A DNA stretch of 64,000 nt from Candidatus Gottesmanbacteria bacterium UBA6580 (GCA_002433895.1 DJJA01000003.1:288486-352485), one strand, 5' to 3'; counted from the first letter of the stretch, positions 50,225-59,950 are shown. Numbers and translations: made by a program. Notes: generated by a model not told the origin, from the sequence alone.

Positions 50225-50500
50225 CTAGACGCGGCTATGTTTTTTCCGGAGCGCACGTATGTCCTCGCGCAGGCGGTGAAGCTCTTCTGTTATTCCCGTC
50301 CGTATTTCTTTATTGCTGTAGGTCATAACTGTGTAGACGAAAATATCGAAGAGTTGCCGTGCGGTGTTACCGTCAGACAGATGGAGTAACACATCGGTAA
50401 ATACGCCGATACCAATGCCCGCCTGATATACCTCGGGCGTTTGGGCGGCGCGCTTGAGACGCGTAAGAAACGGTGGTTTTGATTGTTGTTCTACCGACAT
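50225..50500 (-). CDS. Small hypothetical protein
   Basis: 91-aa ORF downstream of dipZ on the same strand. Confidence 0.5.
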   Translation of the reverse strand: MSVEQQSKPPFLTRLKRAAQTPEVYQAGIGIGVFTDVLLHLSDGNTARQLFDIFVYTVMTYSNKEIRTGITEELHRLREDIRALRKKHSRV

Positions 50501-50530
50501 GCCGGGTGTTGTGGTTAAGGGCCAAGAAGA

Positions 50531-52240
50531 TTAACCAAACGTAAACGCATACAGTTCTATATCAGCGTCCAGCACTTCGAGTTTTAATATGTGCCGTCCT
50601 GGTGCGGGAAGCTTGATAAGCTTATATAGTCTATCGCTATTTATTTTCACGTTCGCGTTTTGTACATCTTCGCCTTTGTACATATCAGGAACCGGCACGT
50701 TATCCAGATATACTTTGATCCCTCCCGCGGCTCCCATCGTTGCTGGCCGCATCACCAGAAACACTTCCGCTGCGTCAAAGTGATAGATAAGTGTCGCGCC
50801 TTTAGTTGGCATGGCGCGCTCACTCCTGATCGTCCACGTGCCCCCGAGGGCAAATGAGTTGTTTTTTATATCAGCGGGAGCAGTAAATGTTGTTGCTTTG
50901 TTTGGGTTTACCCGTTCGGGAGAGACGAGCCCTGCCATGCGTTCGTAACCCAAATATGTTTCCGGTGTCCGTGATTGCACCTGGTAGGTTGGGTTTGCAA
51001 CCTGATCATCAACCGCTATTCCTGTTTCTTCCAGTAATGCCTGGATCATTTTTTCCGTCTCATCGTAATCACCCTCGCCGAAATGGGTATAGCGGATTTT
51101 TCCGTTTTTGTCGGTCATGTATTTTGCCGGCCAATAACGGTTGGCATACGCTTGCCAGGTGGCATAATCATTGTCCTGCATCACCGGATAAGTAATGCCA
51201 AAATCCGTGAGCGCTTTTTTGACGTTGTCCGGATTTTTTTCAAATTCAAATTCCGGTGTATGCACGCCAACAATCACGAGTCCTTTATCTTTGTATTTTT
51301 CGTGCCAGGATGTGAGATAAGGGAGCGTGCGGATACAGTTAATACAGGTATATGTCCAGAAGTCGACTAATACCACTTTGCCCCGCAGCTCACGCATAGA
51401 TAACGCGGGCGAATTAAACCACTGTCCTCCGGCGATAAACTCGGGGGCATTGCCAAAGTTTTCGGATAGTAAACCGGTCAGCATAGGGGCTCCTCCTTTG
51501 AGTGTGTCAAGTTGGTTACGAACAATAGCGTTATCTTCAAGCATGGTAAGCCCCGTGCCGTATGAAGGGAATGTTTCTAAAATATATGTTTGGAACTTTC
51601 TGTCCCAGGAGTTAAATATGGCGAGTGCCGTAAGGAGCATGAGCACGCCAAATGCTTTTTGGATGGTGCCGGTATTTTTGAGTAGCCATGGGTGTTTGGT
51701 AAGTAATGTTCTTCCCCCCATGGTGATAGCCAGTAGCGGTATCGCCGTGCCGATGGCATACGAAAGCGTGATAATGACCGCATTGAGTCCGACGCTGCTT
51801 GTTGCCGCTAAGGTAATAATAGAGGCAAGTATCGGCCCCACACACGGCGTCCACAACAGCCCCAAGCTCATGCCGACGAGCACACCTGATAAATAGCCAT
51901 CCTGTGTGTTTTGTTTGGGTGCAAGTGCCGTGAGACGCGAGAATAGTTTTTCCGTGGCTTTTTGTAATGCAGGCACGAGTAAGCTGATACCGAAAAACGC
52001 GATGATAACAACCGCAAGCATGCGGAGCGCGTCAGCAGACAACCCGGTTGCCCGCACGATGGCAGAGAGGAAGAGGGTAAAAAACGTAAAGCTCAGGATA
52101 AATCCGGTTACCACTCCCATGGGCCGCCGTTTGCCTCCAGTGATAGAACCCGAAAGCACGATGGGAAGGATGGGAAGAATACAGGGCGAAAGAATGGTGA
52201 TAATACCGCCTAAAAATGCAAAAAGGATGAGGATGATCAT
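50531..52240 (-). CDS. dipZ: DipZ (CcdA/DsbD TM domain fused to a thioredoxin-like domain)
   Basis: SPCILP, WTPCVGP, DFWTYTCINC, VHTPEFEFEK, C-terminal YAFTFG. Confidence 0.92.
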   Translation of the reverse strand: MIILILFAFLGGIITILSPCILPILPIVLSGSITGGKRRPMGVVTGFILSFTFFTLFLSAIVRATGLSADALRMLAVVIIAFFGISLLVPALQKATEKLFSRLTALAPKQNTQDGYLSGVLVGMSLGLLWTPCVGPILASIITLAATSSVGLNAVIITLSYAIGTAIPLLAITMGGRTLLTKHPWLLKNTGTIQKAFGVLMLLTALAIFNSWDRKFQTYILETFPSYGTGLTMLEDNAIVRNQLDTLKGGAPMLTGLLSENFGNAPEFIAGGQWFNSPALSMRELRGKVVLVDFWTYTCINCIRTLPYLTSWHEKYKDKGLVIVGVHTPEFEFEKNPDNVKKALTDFGITYPVMQDNDYATWQAYANRYWPAKYMTDKNGKIRYTHFGEGDYDETEKMIQALLEETGIAVDDQVANPTYQVQSRTPETYLGYERMAGLVSPERVNPNKATTFTAPADIKNNSFALGGTWTIRSERAMPTKGATLIYHFDAAEVFLVMRPATMGAAGGIKVYLDNVPVPDMYKGEDVQNANVKINSDRLYKLIKLPAPGRHILKLEVLDADIELYAFTFG

Positions 52241-52244
52241 TTTG

Positions 52245-52778
52245 TTATTTAATATTGGCGATGAGCTCAGTTATCTGTCCGCCATTCCATTTTGTCACTG
52301 CGTTGCCACTGGCGTCCACCTGTACGAATGTGTGCTGGTAGGTAACATTGTATTTCTTTTTAAGATCAGCGGAGGTGTCGTAGTCTGTTTTAAACAGCAC
52401 AACGCCTTCAGGAATTTGTGCCGAGTTTTTCTGGAACGCCGCATCCGCAGGTCTGCAGGTTGGGCACCACGGTGCATGGAAAAAGAGGACGCGTTTTTTG
52501 CCGTTGGCTGCGTCAAAGGCGTTTTGGGAATATACGACATAACGTGACTCATTTTCCATCATCGCCCCATCATCTTTTTTCATGGATTCATCTTTGTTTT
52601 CTGTTTTTTCCATCATGACATCGGTAGGTTTAGTCATCGTGTCGTAGTCTTTTTCCATGACGGATGTGGGGGAAGGCATGAGATCATCATTTGATGACGA
52701 TTGCTGATTGCGGATATAGATCGCGCCTAAAGAAAGAAGAATTACAATGCCGGCGCCCGCGAGTAGTTTCTTGTTCAT
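52245..52778 (-). CDS. Membrane-anchored thioredoxin-family protein with Met-rich linker
   Basis: FFHAPWCPTC and KYNVTYQHTFVQVD. Confidence 0.88.
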   Translation of the reverse strand: MNKKLLAGAGIVILLSLGAIYIRNQQSSSNDDLMPSPTSVMEKDYDTMTKPTDVMMEKTENKDESMKKDDGAMMENESRYVVYSQNAFDAANGKKRVLFFHAPWCPTCRPADAAFQKNSAQIPEGVVLFKTDYDTSADLKKKYNVTYQHTFVQVDASGNAVTKWNGGQITELIANIK

Positions 52779-52870
52779 ATATCCTCCGTGAGAAATAAAT
52801 ATTTGTTACTTATCTCACAATAAAACCATTTTATGAGAATGTCAAGTGGACTTAACATCACGGAGAAATA

Positions 52871-53245
52871 TTACTGGGTGATTTGTGTGTAAAGACGGAC
52901 AACGATTTTAGTAAGCAGCATGATGCCGAGAGCGCCAATAAGCCAAGGGTCAATATCATGGTTGAGGGCTTGGGTAATGATGCCCACCATGAGCACTGAT
53001 GAGCCAACAAAAAATGATACCCTGCCAGCAGTCAACTGATGCGCGTGTTCCCGCTCATCGCGTGCGTGCTCTTTCCAGATAAATCCGAGGTATACAAAAA
53101 ACGCCAAGACAAAGATTACCAATAGGAGCATTTCGGTGGAAGCGGGCATGAGTAGTCCCGGTGGACTCATAAATGCAGCGAGCAGCAATATGAGTACGAC
53201 GGCAGTGATGATTTCACCTAAATAGTAACGGGTTATTTTTTGCAT
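52871..53245 (-). CDS. Four-TM membrane protein
   Basis: ARDERE motif; overlaps the upstream XRE regulator. Confidence 0.7.
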   Translation of the reverse strand: MQKITRYYLGEIITAVVLILLLAAFMSPPGLLMPASTEMLLLVIFVLAFFVYLGFIWKEHARDEREHAHQLTAGRVSFFVGSSVLMVGIITQALNHDIDPWLIGALGIMLLTKIVVRLYTQITQ

Positions 53246-53439
53246 ATTTCAAATATAGATTCTACAGGTTTTTTAAAATATTGTGCAATTTTGAGCGCCA
53301 ACAGCAAGGAGGGGATATATGATCCTTTTTCTATAGCAATGATCGTCTGGCGTGTTACACCGATGGCTGCAGCCAGTTGTTCTTGGGTGATTTTTGCTTT
53401 TGTCCGTAAGGTGATTACCGAGTTTTCAATAGTTTCCAT
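53233..53439 (-). CDS. XRE-family HTH regulator
   Basis: ITQEQLAAAIGVTRQTIIAIEKGSYIPSL. Confidence 0.92.
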   Translation of the reverse strand: METIENSVITLRTKAKITQEQLAAAIGVTRQTIIAIEKGSYIPSLLLALKIAQYFKKPVESIFEICKK

Positions 53440-53487
53440 AGCCTACGGCTGATTATACCCCAGTATTTTCAAAACCGACAATCAGAC

Positions 53488-53518
53488 TTTACTATAACGT
53501 TACGTTATAGTTTACTAT
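53488..53518 (+). promoter_or_regulatory. MerR-type promoter with operator palindrome
   Basis: TTTACT-19 bp-TACTAT with the perfect inverted repeat ACTATAACGT-T-ACGTTATAGT (53491-53511). Confidence 0.85.
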
Positions 53519-53524
53519 CGCTCT

Positions 53525-54268
53525 ATGACATATACAGTACATCAGTTATCCGAGCTCGCCGGGGTCAGCATCCGGACGCTTCATTATTATGACGATATCG
53601 GTTTACTCCGGCCGTCGTTCGTGCGGTCAAACGGTTACCGGGTCTATGAAGAGAAGGAGGTCATCAAGCTGCAGCAAATATTGCTGTTCCGTGAATTGGA
53701 ATTTCCGCTCGGACAAATAAAAGAAATGATTAACGCCAAAAAGTTTGATGTGAAAACAGCGCTCCGGGACCAGCGGAAAATGCTGGAGATGAAAAAAGAT
53801 CGGATCAACAAATTATTGGATGTAGTGGATACACAATTGAAAGGAGGTGAGCACATGACCAATCAACACGCATTCGGGGTATTTGCCGATACACAAATGG
53901 AAGAATTTAAAGACGAGGCGCGGAAACGCTGGGGGAATACCGCGGCGTACAAACAATCTGTGGAGCGCACAAAACATTGGACAAAAGAGGATTACCGCAG
54001 GATTGCCGAGGAGGGTACGAAATTTACTGAAGCGCTCGCCAAGCTTATGGATAGAGGTGTAGCGGATGAAAAAGTGCAGCAGATGATAGCAAAACACTAT
54101 GAGGGCATCAAGGTATTTTATGATTGTCCTATCGAGATGTATAGAAATTTAGGAGCGATGTATGTCGATGACGCGCGGTTTAGCGCGTATTACGATAAGT
54201 TCCGTCCCGGTATGGCGGTATTTATGAAAAATGCGATCGCGTATTACTGCGATAGCCATACGGCCTAA
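53525..54268 (+). CDS. MerR-family regulator, TipA/Mta type (HTH plus TipAS domain)
   Basis: AGVSIRTLHYYDDIGLL, NGYRVY, EARKRWG.T.AY..S, LGAMYVDDARF. Confidence 0.92.
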   Translation: MTYTVHQLSELAGVSIRTLHYYDDIGLLRPSFVRSNGYRVYEEKEVIKLQQILLFRELEFPLGQIKEMINAKKFDVKTALRDQRKMLEMKKDRINKLLDVVDTQLKGGEHMTNQHAFGVFADTQMEEFKDEARKRWGNTAAYKQSVERTKHWTKEDYRRIAEEGTKFTEALAKLMDRGVADEKVQQMIAKHYEGIKVFYDCPIEMYRNLGAMYVDDARFSAYYDKFRPGMAVFMKNAIAYYCDSHTA

Positions 54269-54275
54269 CCGGTAT

Positions 54276-54304
54276 CCTCCGGGGTGATACGTACACCCCG
54301 GAGG
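54276..54304. repeat. GC-rich perfect hairpin (REP-like element or terminator)
   Basis: CCTCCGGGGTG-ATACGTA-CACCCCGGAGG. Confidence 0.6.
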
Positions 54305-54337
54305 TGGGCCGCGTAACAGACCGTGTATACTTATGGC

Positions 54338-54619
54338 ATGAAAAATCCTCTGACAATTATCCCCGGCGTGGGTAAAAGTATCGCGCAAGATTTAAACGGT
54401 ATAGGCATTTTCCGTGTAGAAGAATTAAAGGGTAAGGATCCTGATGTGCTCTACCGGAAACTATGCGATGCGCAAGGCATGGTGATAGACAGGTGTTTGT
54501 TATACGTTATGCGGTGCGCGGTATACTTTGCGTCACACCAAACTCATCACCCGGAGTTACTCAAATGGTGGAAGTGGAAAGATACAGGAAATTCTATAGA
54601 CAGACGGAATAAAATTTAG
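54338..54619 (+). CDS. Helix-hairpin-helix protein (Cdd1/TfoX-C-like)
   Basis: IPGVGKSIAQDL, DRCLLYV.RCAVYFA, KWWKWKD. Confidence 0.85.
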   Translation: MKNPLTIIPGVGKSIAQDLNGIGIFRVEELKGKDPDVLYRKLCDAQGMVIDRCLLYVMRCAVYFASHQTHHPELLKWWKWKDTGNSIDRRNKI

Positions 54620-54654
54620 TACAATCATCATTGTTGAATTGTAGAAGCAGTTCT

Positions 54655-54678
54655 GCTTCCCAGTCGGGGAGCTTTTTT
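54655..54678 (+). terminator. Intrinsic terminator upstream of fusA
   Basis: GCTTCCC-AGTC-GGGGAGC-TTTTTT. Confidence 0.65.
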
Positions 54679-54698
54679 GTTTCTGATACAATAGCACT

Positions 54699-56804
54699 AT
54701 GGCTAACCCACAAACAACCATTACCGAAAACCGCGATGTGCCGCTCGATAAAGTGCGCAACATCGGTATTATCGCGCACATTGATGCAGGCAAGACGACA
54801 ACCACAGAGCGTATTCTTTACTACACCGGAAGAAGTTACAAAATCGGCGACATCGATGAGGGTACGACACAAATGGACTGGATGGAACAGGAAAAGGAAC
54901 GGGGCATCACCATCGTATCCGCTGCTACCACGACATTTTGGAAAGGCTACCGCTTCAACATCATTGATACCCCGGGACACGTTGATTTCACCGCAGAAGT
55001 AGAGCGGTCACTCCGTGTGCTTGATGGCGGTATTACCGTACTCGACGCGGAGGAAGGCGTGCAGTCCCAATCAGAAACCGTGTGGCATCAGGCAGATAAA
55101 TATAAAGTGCCGCGTATTTGTTTTGTGAACAAAATGGATAAAATCGGCGCTGATTTCCGTCACACGATCCAGCAGATCGAAGAGCGCTTGGGAGCCAGAA
55201 CCGCCGTCATGGTTGTGCCGATCGGCCGGGAATCTACCTATAAAGGATTAGTCGATCTTCTTACCCGCAAGGCATATGTATGGAATTCCGACGATTTGGG
55301 AAGCCACCCCGATGAATTGCCGGAAATCCCCGCAGACATAAAAGATGAAGTCGAAACTTCACGAACCGCACTGATTGAACGTATTTCCGAAACTGACGAC
55401 GCATTGCTTGAAAAATTCCTGGCGGGTGAAGAACCAACCGTTGAGGAACTCAAAGCAGCGTTACGGCGCGCAGTTATCGCCTACAAGCTGGTTCCTATTT
55501 ATTGCGGAACCAGTCTCCGGAATAAGGGAGTGCAGCCGCTCTTGGACGCGGTGGTCGATTATCTTCCGTCTCCGTTGGATTTGCCGGAAGTAACCGGTAT
55601 TCATCCGAAAACCGAAGCACCGGTATCACGGAAACGTATCATAGAAGACAAATTTTCCGGATTGGCGTTCAAAATCCAGATTGATCCGCATGTCGGAAAG
55701 CTTACGTACGTCCGTCTTTACTCCGGTAAGCTGGTGTCAGGTTCCTATACCTATAACTCCAGCAAAGGTGTCGAAGAGCGCGTCGGCCGGTTGCTTTTGA
55801 TGCACGCGAACCAACGGGAAGAAATCAAAGAAGCATACGCCGGAGAAATCGTCGCTGTCGTAGGACTCAAGGATACCATCACGGGAGACTCACTTTGTGA
55901 AAAAGAAGATCCGATAGTTCTTGAGAAGATCACCTTCCCTGAGCCGGTTATTTCGCTTGCTATTGAACCCAAGACCAAAAACGATCAGGAAAAAATGGGG
56001 TATGCATTGCAGCGGTTAAGCGAAGAGGATCCGACATTTAAGATTAAATCCAATCCGGAAACGAACCAGACCATCATCTGGGGTATGGGAGAGCTACATC
56101 TGGAAATTTTGGTTGACCGCATGAACCGTGAATTTAAAGTAGAGGCAAATGTGGGAGCTCCCCAGGTTGCCTACAAAGAGACGATCAGGAAGCCGGCCGA
56201 AGGAGAAGGAAAGTACATCCGTCAGACCGGAGGTCGTGGTCAGTATGGTCATGCCATGATCAAAATCGAGCCGAAAGCCAGAGGCGAAGGATTTGAATTT
56301 ATCGACGCGATCAAAGGAGGAGCAATCCCCAACGAATTTATCGCGCCAATTGGTAAAGGTATCAAGGAAGCTATGGAAAACGGCGTATTGGCGGGTTATC
56401 CATTAGTCGACATGTCCGCCACGTTGTATGACGGAAGTTACCATGATGTCGATTCTTCTGAAATGGCATTTAAGATCGCAGGAAGTATGGCGCTTCAAGA
56501 CGCCGTAAAGCACGCAGATCCGACCATATTAGAGCCGATCATGAAAGTGGAGGTCACCACGCCCGACGAATATATGGGAGATTGTATCGGCGATCTTTCC
56601 GCCAGACGCGCACAAATCATGGGAAGTGAACAGCGCGGAACAGTAACGGTTATTTTGGCAATGGTACCTTTGGCGGAACTTTCCGGCTACGCCACCGTAC
56701 TGCGGAGTTTGTCCAAAGGCCGCGCCACGTACTACATGGAGCCGTCACATTACGAAGAGGTACCGAAGAATATTCAGGAAAAGATTATTGCGAAAAATGT
56801 CTAG
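54699..56804 (+). CDS. fusA: Elongation factor G
   Basis: [37 protein letters not shown]. Confidence 0.99.
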   Translation: MANPQTTITENRDVPLDKVRNIGIIAHIDAGKTTTTERILYYTGRSYKIGDIDEGTTQMDWMEQEKERGITIVSAATTTFWKGYRFNIIDTPGHVDFTAEVERSLRVLDGGITVLDAEEGVQSQSETVWHQADKYKVPRICFVNKMDKIGADFRHTIQQIEERLGARTAVMVVPIGRESTYKGLVDLLTRKAYVWNSDDLGSHPDELPEIPADIKDEVETSRTALIERISETDDALLEKFLAGEEPTVEELKAALRRAVIAYKLVPIYCGTSLRNKGVQPLLDAVVDYLPSPLDLPEVTGIHPKTEAPVSRKRIIEDKFSGLAFKIQIDPHVGKLTYVRLYSGKLVSGSYTYNSSKGVEERVGRLLLMHANQREEIKEAYAGEIVAVVGLKDTITGDSLCEKEDPIVLEKITFPEPVISLAIEPKTKNDQEKMGYALQRLSEEDPTFKIKSNPETNQTIIWGMGELHLEILVDRMNREFKVEANVGAPQVAYKETIRKPAEGEGKYIRQTGGRGQYGHAMIKIEPKARGEGFEFIDAIKGGAIPNEFIAPIGKGIKEAMENGVLAGYPLVDMSATLYDGSYHDVDSSEMAFKIAGSMALQDAVKHADPTILEPIMKVEVTTPDEYMGDCIGDLSARRAQIMGSEQRGTVTVILAMVPLAELSGYATVLRSLSKGRATYYMEPSHYEEVPKNIQEKIIAKNV

Positions 56805-56893
56805 TATGTGTTAAAATGGCGAAAGCGACTTATTTTTTAAGGTCGAGTATTTATTTTTTATAAACTATTCACGTTTTTTTCTAAGGAGGAAAT

Positions 56894-58081
56894 ATGGCAG
56901 ATGCAGCTAAATTTGTTCGGACAAAACCACATTTGAACATTGGTACCATTGGTCACGTCGACCATGGAAAGACAACCCTTACCTCCGCAATCACCCACGT
57001 GCTTGCAAAGACCGGTATGGCAAAGGCCTTGAAGTATGAAGAAATCGACAACGCTCCGGAAGAAAAGGCACGCGGAGTCACCATCAACATTCACCACTCT
57101 GAGTACGAAACCGGAAAACGGCACTACGCACACATCGATGCTCCGGGACATGCCGACTATGTCAAAAACATGATCACCGGCGCCGCACAAATGGATGGAG
57201 CCATCTTGGTGGTATCCGCTCCCGATGGTCCAATGCCGCAGACCCGCGAGCACATTTTGCTTGCAAACCAGGTCAACGTGCCGGCCATCATCGTTTTCAT
57301 GAACAAGTGCGATATGGTGCAGGACAAAGAACTTCTTGATCTCGTCGAGATGGAAGTCCGTGAGTTGCTCACCAAATATAAGTATCCAGGAGACAAAATC
57401 CCGGTTATCAGAGGGAGCGCCCTTAAGGCACTCCAGGGTGATGCGGAAGCCGAAAAGGCAATCGAAGAGCTCATGAAGACCGTGGATGAATACATCCCGG
57501 ATCCAGTGCGCGAACTCGAAAAGCCGTTCCTTATGCCGGTAGAAGACGTGTTCTCTATCAAAGGCCGTGGTACGGTTGTCACCGGTCGTGTTTCACGCGG
57601 CAAGGTGAAGGTCGGGGAAACAATTGAGATTGTTGGTATCAAACCCACACAATCAACTGTTGTTACCGGAGTTGAAATGTTTAGAAAATCCCTTGATGAA
57701 GGACTTGCCGGAGACAACATCGGCGTTCTTCTCCGCGGTGTAGAAAAAGAACAGGTTGAGCGTGGTCAGGTGCTTGCAGCAACTGGCTCTGTGAAGCCAC
57801 ACACCGAATTCGAAGCGGAAGTATACGTACTTACCAAAGAAGAAGGTGGACGACACACACCGTTCTTTACGGGATACCGCCCGCAGTTCTATATCCAGAC
57901 TACTGACGTAACCGGAGAAGTTGCACTTCCCCAGGGCGTCGAGATGGTTATGCCTGGAGATAGTACCAAGATGAACGTGAAGTTGATCGTACCGGTTGCT
58001 CTTGAAGAAGGACTACGGTTTGCTATCCGCGAGGGTGGCCACACGGTAGGAGCCGGAGTAGTTACAAAGATTGTCGCTTAA
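56894..58081 (+). CDS. tuf: Elongation factor Tu
   Basis: GHVDHGKTT and [15 protein letters not shown]; AAGGAGG Shine-Dalgarno upstream. Confidence 0.99.
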   Translation: MADAAKFVRTKPHLNIGTIGHVDHGKTTLTSAITHVLAKTGMAKALKYEEIDNAPEEKARGVTINIHHSEYETGKRHYAHIDAPGHADYVKNMITGAAQMDGAILVVSAPDGPMPQTREHILLANQVNVPAIIVFMNKCDMVQDKELLDLVEMEVRELLTKYKYPGDKIPVIRGSALKALQGDAEAEKAIEELMKTVDEYIPDPVRELEKPFLMPVEDVFSIKGRGTVVTGRVSRGKVKVGETIEIVGIKPTQSTVVTGVEMFRKSLDEGLAGDNIGVLLRGVEKEQVERGQVLAATGSVKPHTEFEAEVYVLTKEEGGRHTPFFTGYRPQFYIQTTDVTGEVALPQGVEMVMPGDSTKMNVKLIVPVALEEGLRFAIREGGHTVGAGVVTKIVA

Positions 58082-58124
58082 GTTTCTTAAGTTAATTAAG
58101 GCTCATTAAGCACCTTAACACACA

Positions 58125-58433
58125 ATGCCAAAAGGTCGTATTCGTGTCAGATTAAAAGCATACGATAGCAGGATCATTGATGACTGCTGTCAGAAAATAC
58201 TCGATACCGCAGTGAGAACGGGTGCTCGGGTAGTGGGACCAGTCCCGCTTCCTACCGACAAAACCCATTTCAACGTGGCGAGAGCTACTTTTATCGACCG
58301 GAATAGCCGTGAGGACTTTATGATTAAAGTCCATAAACGATTGATTGACATTGTGGAGCCGACAGACAAGACGATCGACCAGTTGATGCATTTAGATTTG
58401 CCAGCTGGGGTGGATGTAGAAATTAAGATGTAA
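58125..58433 (+). CDS. rpsJ: 30S ribosomal protein S10
   Basis: RVRLKAYD, GPVPLPT, HKRLIDI. Confidence 0.97.
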   Translation: MPKGRIRVRLKAYDSRIIDDCCQKILDTAVRTGARVVGPVPLPTDKTHFNVARATFIDRNSREDFMIKVHKRLIDIVEPTDKTIDQLMHLDLPAGVDVEIKM

Positions 58434-58455
58434 ATTTGTTTTCGAAGAGATACTT

Positions 58456-58592
58456 TGGTATACTTACACATCTTGATATGACGCGACAAAGTCGGCCATA
58501 GCGAGGGTAACCAAAAGTCTCGGATGAGCGTAAAATCCCGTTTTCGCCAGTTGGCGGAGGGAGGAAACGACCTCAACCGAGGTCGTTTTTTT
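58456..58592 (+). promoter_or_regulatory. Internal promoter plus structured leader ending in a terminator before rplC
   Basis: TGG-TATACT (58456-64), several short stems, then AAACGACCTC-AACC-GAGGTCGTTT-TTTT (58565-92). Confidence 0.6.
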
Positions 58593-58599
58593 GTGGGGA

Positions 58600-59241
58600 A
58601 TGACCATGATTACATCATTACTCGGTAAAAAATTAGGACAATCGCAAACTTTTGATGAAAAAGGGATGCGAATTCCTGTCACGCAAATTTTGGCCGGTCC
58701 GAACTGGATTACCGAAGTCGAAGATAAAGAAAGCTTCAAAAGCATCCAACTTGGATTTGGCACCATCAAAAACCTTAGCAAAGCAGAAATTGGACACTTA
58801 AAGAAAGCGGGGCTCGAAGAAAAGCTCCGCTTTTTACGTAGTTTTACCGTTTCCGAGATTGCGGAAAACGAAAAACCAGGGACGCAAATTGCCGCCGATG
58901 CGGTATTTGCTGCCGGCGATGTCATACGGATTACGGGAACCAGTAAAGGAAAAGGATTTGCGGGAGTGGTCAAGCGCCATGGGTTCCGCGGCGGCCCCCG
59001 GACACACGGTCAATCAGACCGCGAGCGCGCGCCGGGTTCAATCGGACAAACCACGACACCAGGCCGTGTTTATAAAGGAAAGCGCATGGCAGGCCGCATG
59101 GGTAGCGATACCGTCACTATCCGAAATCTGAAAGTTATCGCCGTCGATCCCGCCACACAAATAGTAACAATCAAAGGATTAGTACCAGGAGCCATAAACG
59201 GGCTCCTTATTATTTCTAAAGAAAAAGCAAAAAAGGCATAA
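58600..59241 (+). CDS. rplC: 50S ribosomal protein L3
   Basis: GKKLG, SKGKGFAG, KGKRMAGRMG. The start may be at 58606. Confidence 0.97.
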   Translation: MTMITSLLGKKLGQSQTFDEKGMRIPVTQILAGPNWITEVEDKESFKSIQLGFGTIKNLSKAEIGHLKKAGLEEKLRFLRSFTVSEIAENEKPGTQIAADAVFAAGDVIRITGTSKGKGFAGVVKRHGFRGGPRTHGQSDRERAPGSIGQTTTPGRVYKGKRMAGRMGSDTVTIRNLKVIAVDPATQIVTIKGLVPGAINGLLIISKEKAKKA

Positions 59242-59244
59242 CCT

Positions 59245-59949
59245 ATGGCAACGAAAACCGTAAAACCAGTTAAAAAAGCAGCACCCAAAAAGGAAGCTCC
59301 GAAAGAAAAAGCAGCGGTATCCGCCGGTCTTTCCGCAACGGTGTTTGCGGTAGACGGCAAAGCGAGCGGTAAAGTAGCGTTGCCCACTGAGCTTTTTGGC
59401 GCGAAAGTAAACGAAGCACTCTTGTCACAGTCCGTCCGGGTGTATTTGGCAAATCAGCGCCAGGGTGGCGCAAAGGCCAAAACCCGCGGCGAGGTCGAAG
59501 GTTCGTCCCGGAAAATTTATCGCCAGAAGGGCACCGGAAAAGCACGCCATGGTTCGATCCGCGCGCATATTTTTGTCGGTGGAGGAGTAGTGTTTGGACC
59601 GGTAACCCGGGATTTTCATTTGAAGATGAGTAAATCCATGAGGCGTTTGGCACTTATATCTGCGTTAAGCGCGAAACATCAAGATGTCGTTATTGTAGAC
59701 GGTTTGGAAACAGTGGCACCTAAAACCAAGCAGGTTGCCGCAGCACTTACTGCCGCGGGAGCGACGGAAAAAGTATTGTTGGTAGTGCCGAAAGATACGC
59801 CATTACTCGCCCGCGCCGCACGTAACATCCATGAGCTTGATATTGTCTCATCGAAAGATTTGCATACATACGCGATATTAACGCATAAAAAGATCGTATT
59901 TACCAAAAAATCATTAGAAGAAAGCAAGGCGCATTTTAGCGTTTCATAA
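59245..59949 (+). CDS. rplD: 50S ribosomal protein L4
   Basis: [26 protein letters not shown]. Confidence 0.97.
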   Translation: MATKTVKPVKKAAPKKEAPKEKAAVSAGLSATVFAVDGKASGKVALPTELFGAKVNEALLSQSVRVYLANQRQGGAKAKTRGEVEGSSRKIYRQKGTGKARHGSIRAHIFVGGGVVFGPVTRDFHLKMSKSMRRLALISALSAKHQDVVIVDGLETVAPKTKQVAAALTAAGATEKVLLVVPKDTPLLARAARNIHELDIVSSKDLHTYAILTHKKIVFTKKSLEESKAHFSVS

Positions 59950-59950
59950 T

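Noticed and set aside
53491-53511. TATAA-N7-TTATA as another dif-like site
   Set aside because: Better explained as the MerR operator within a 19-bp promoter spacer.
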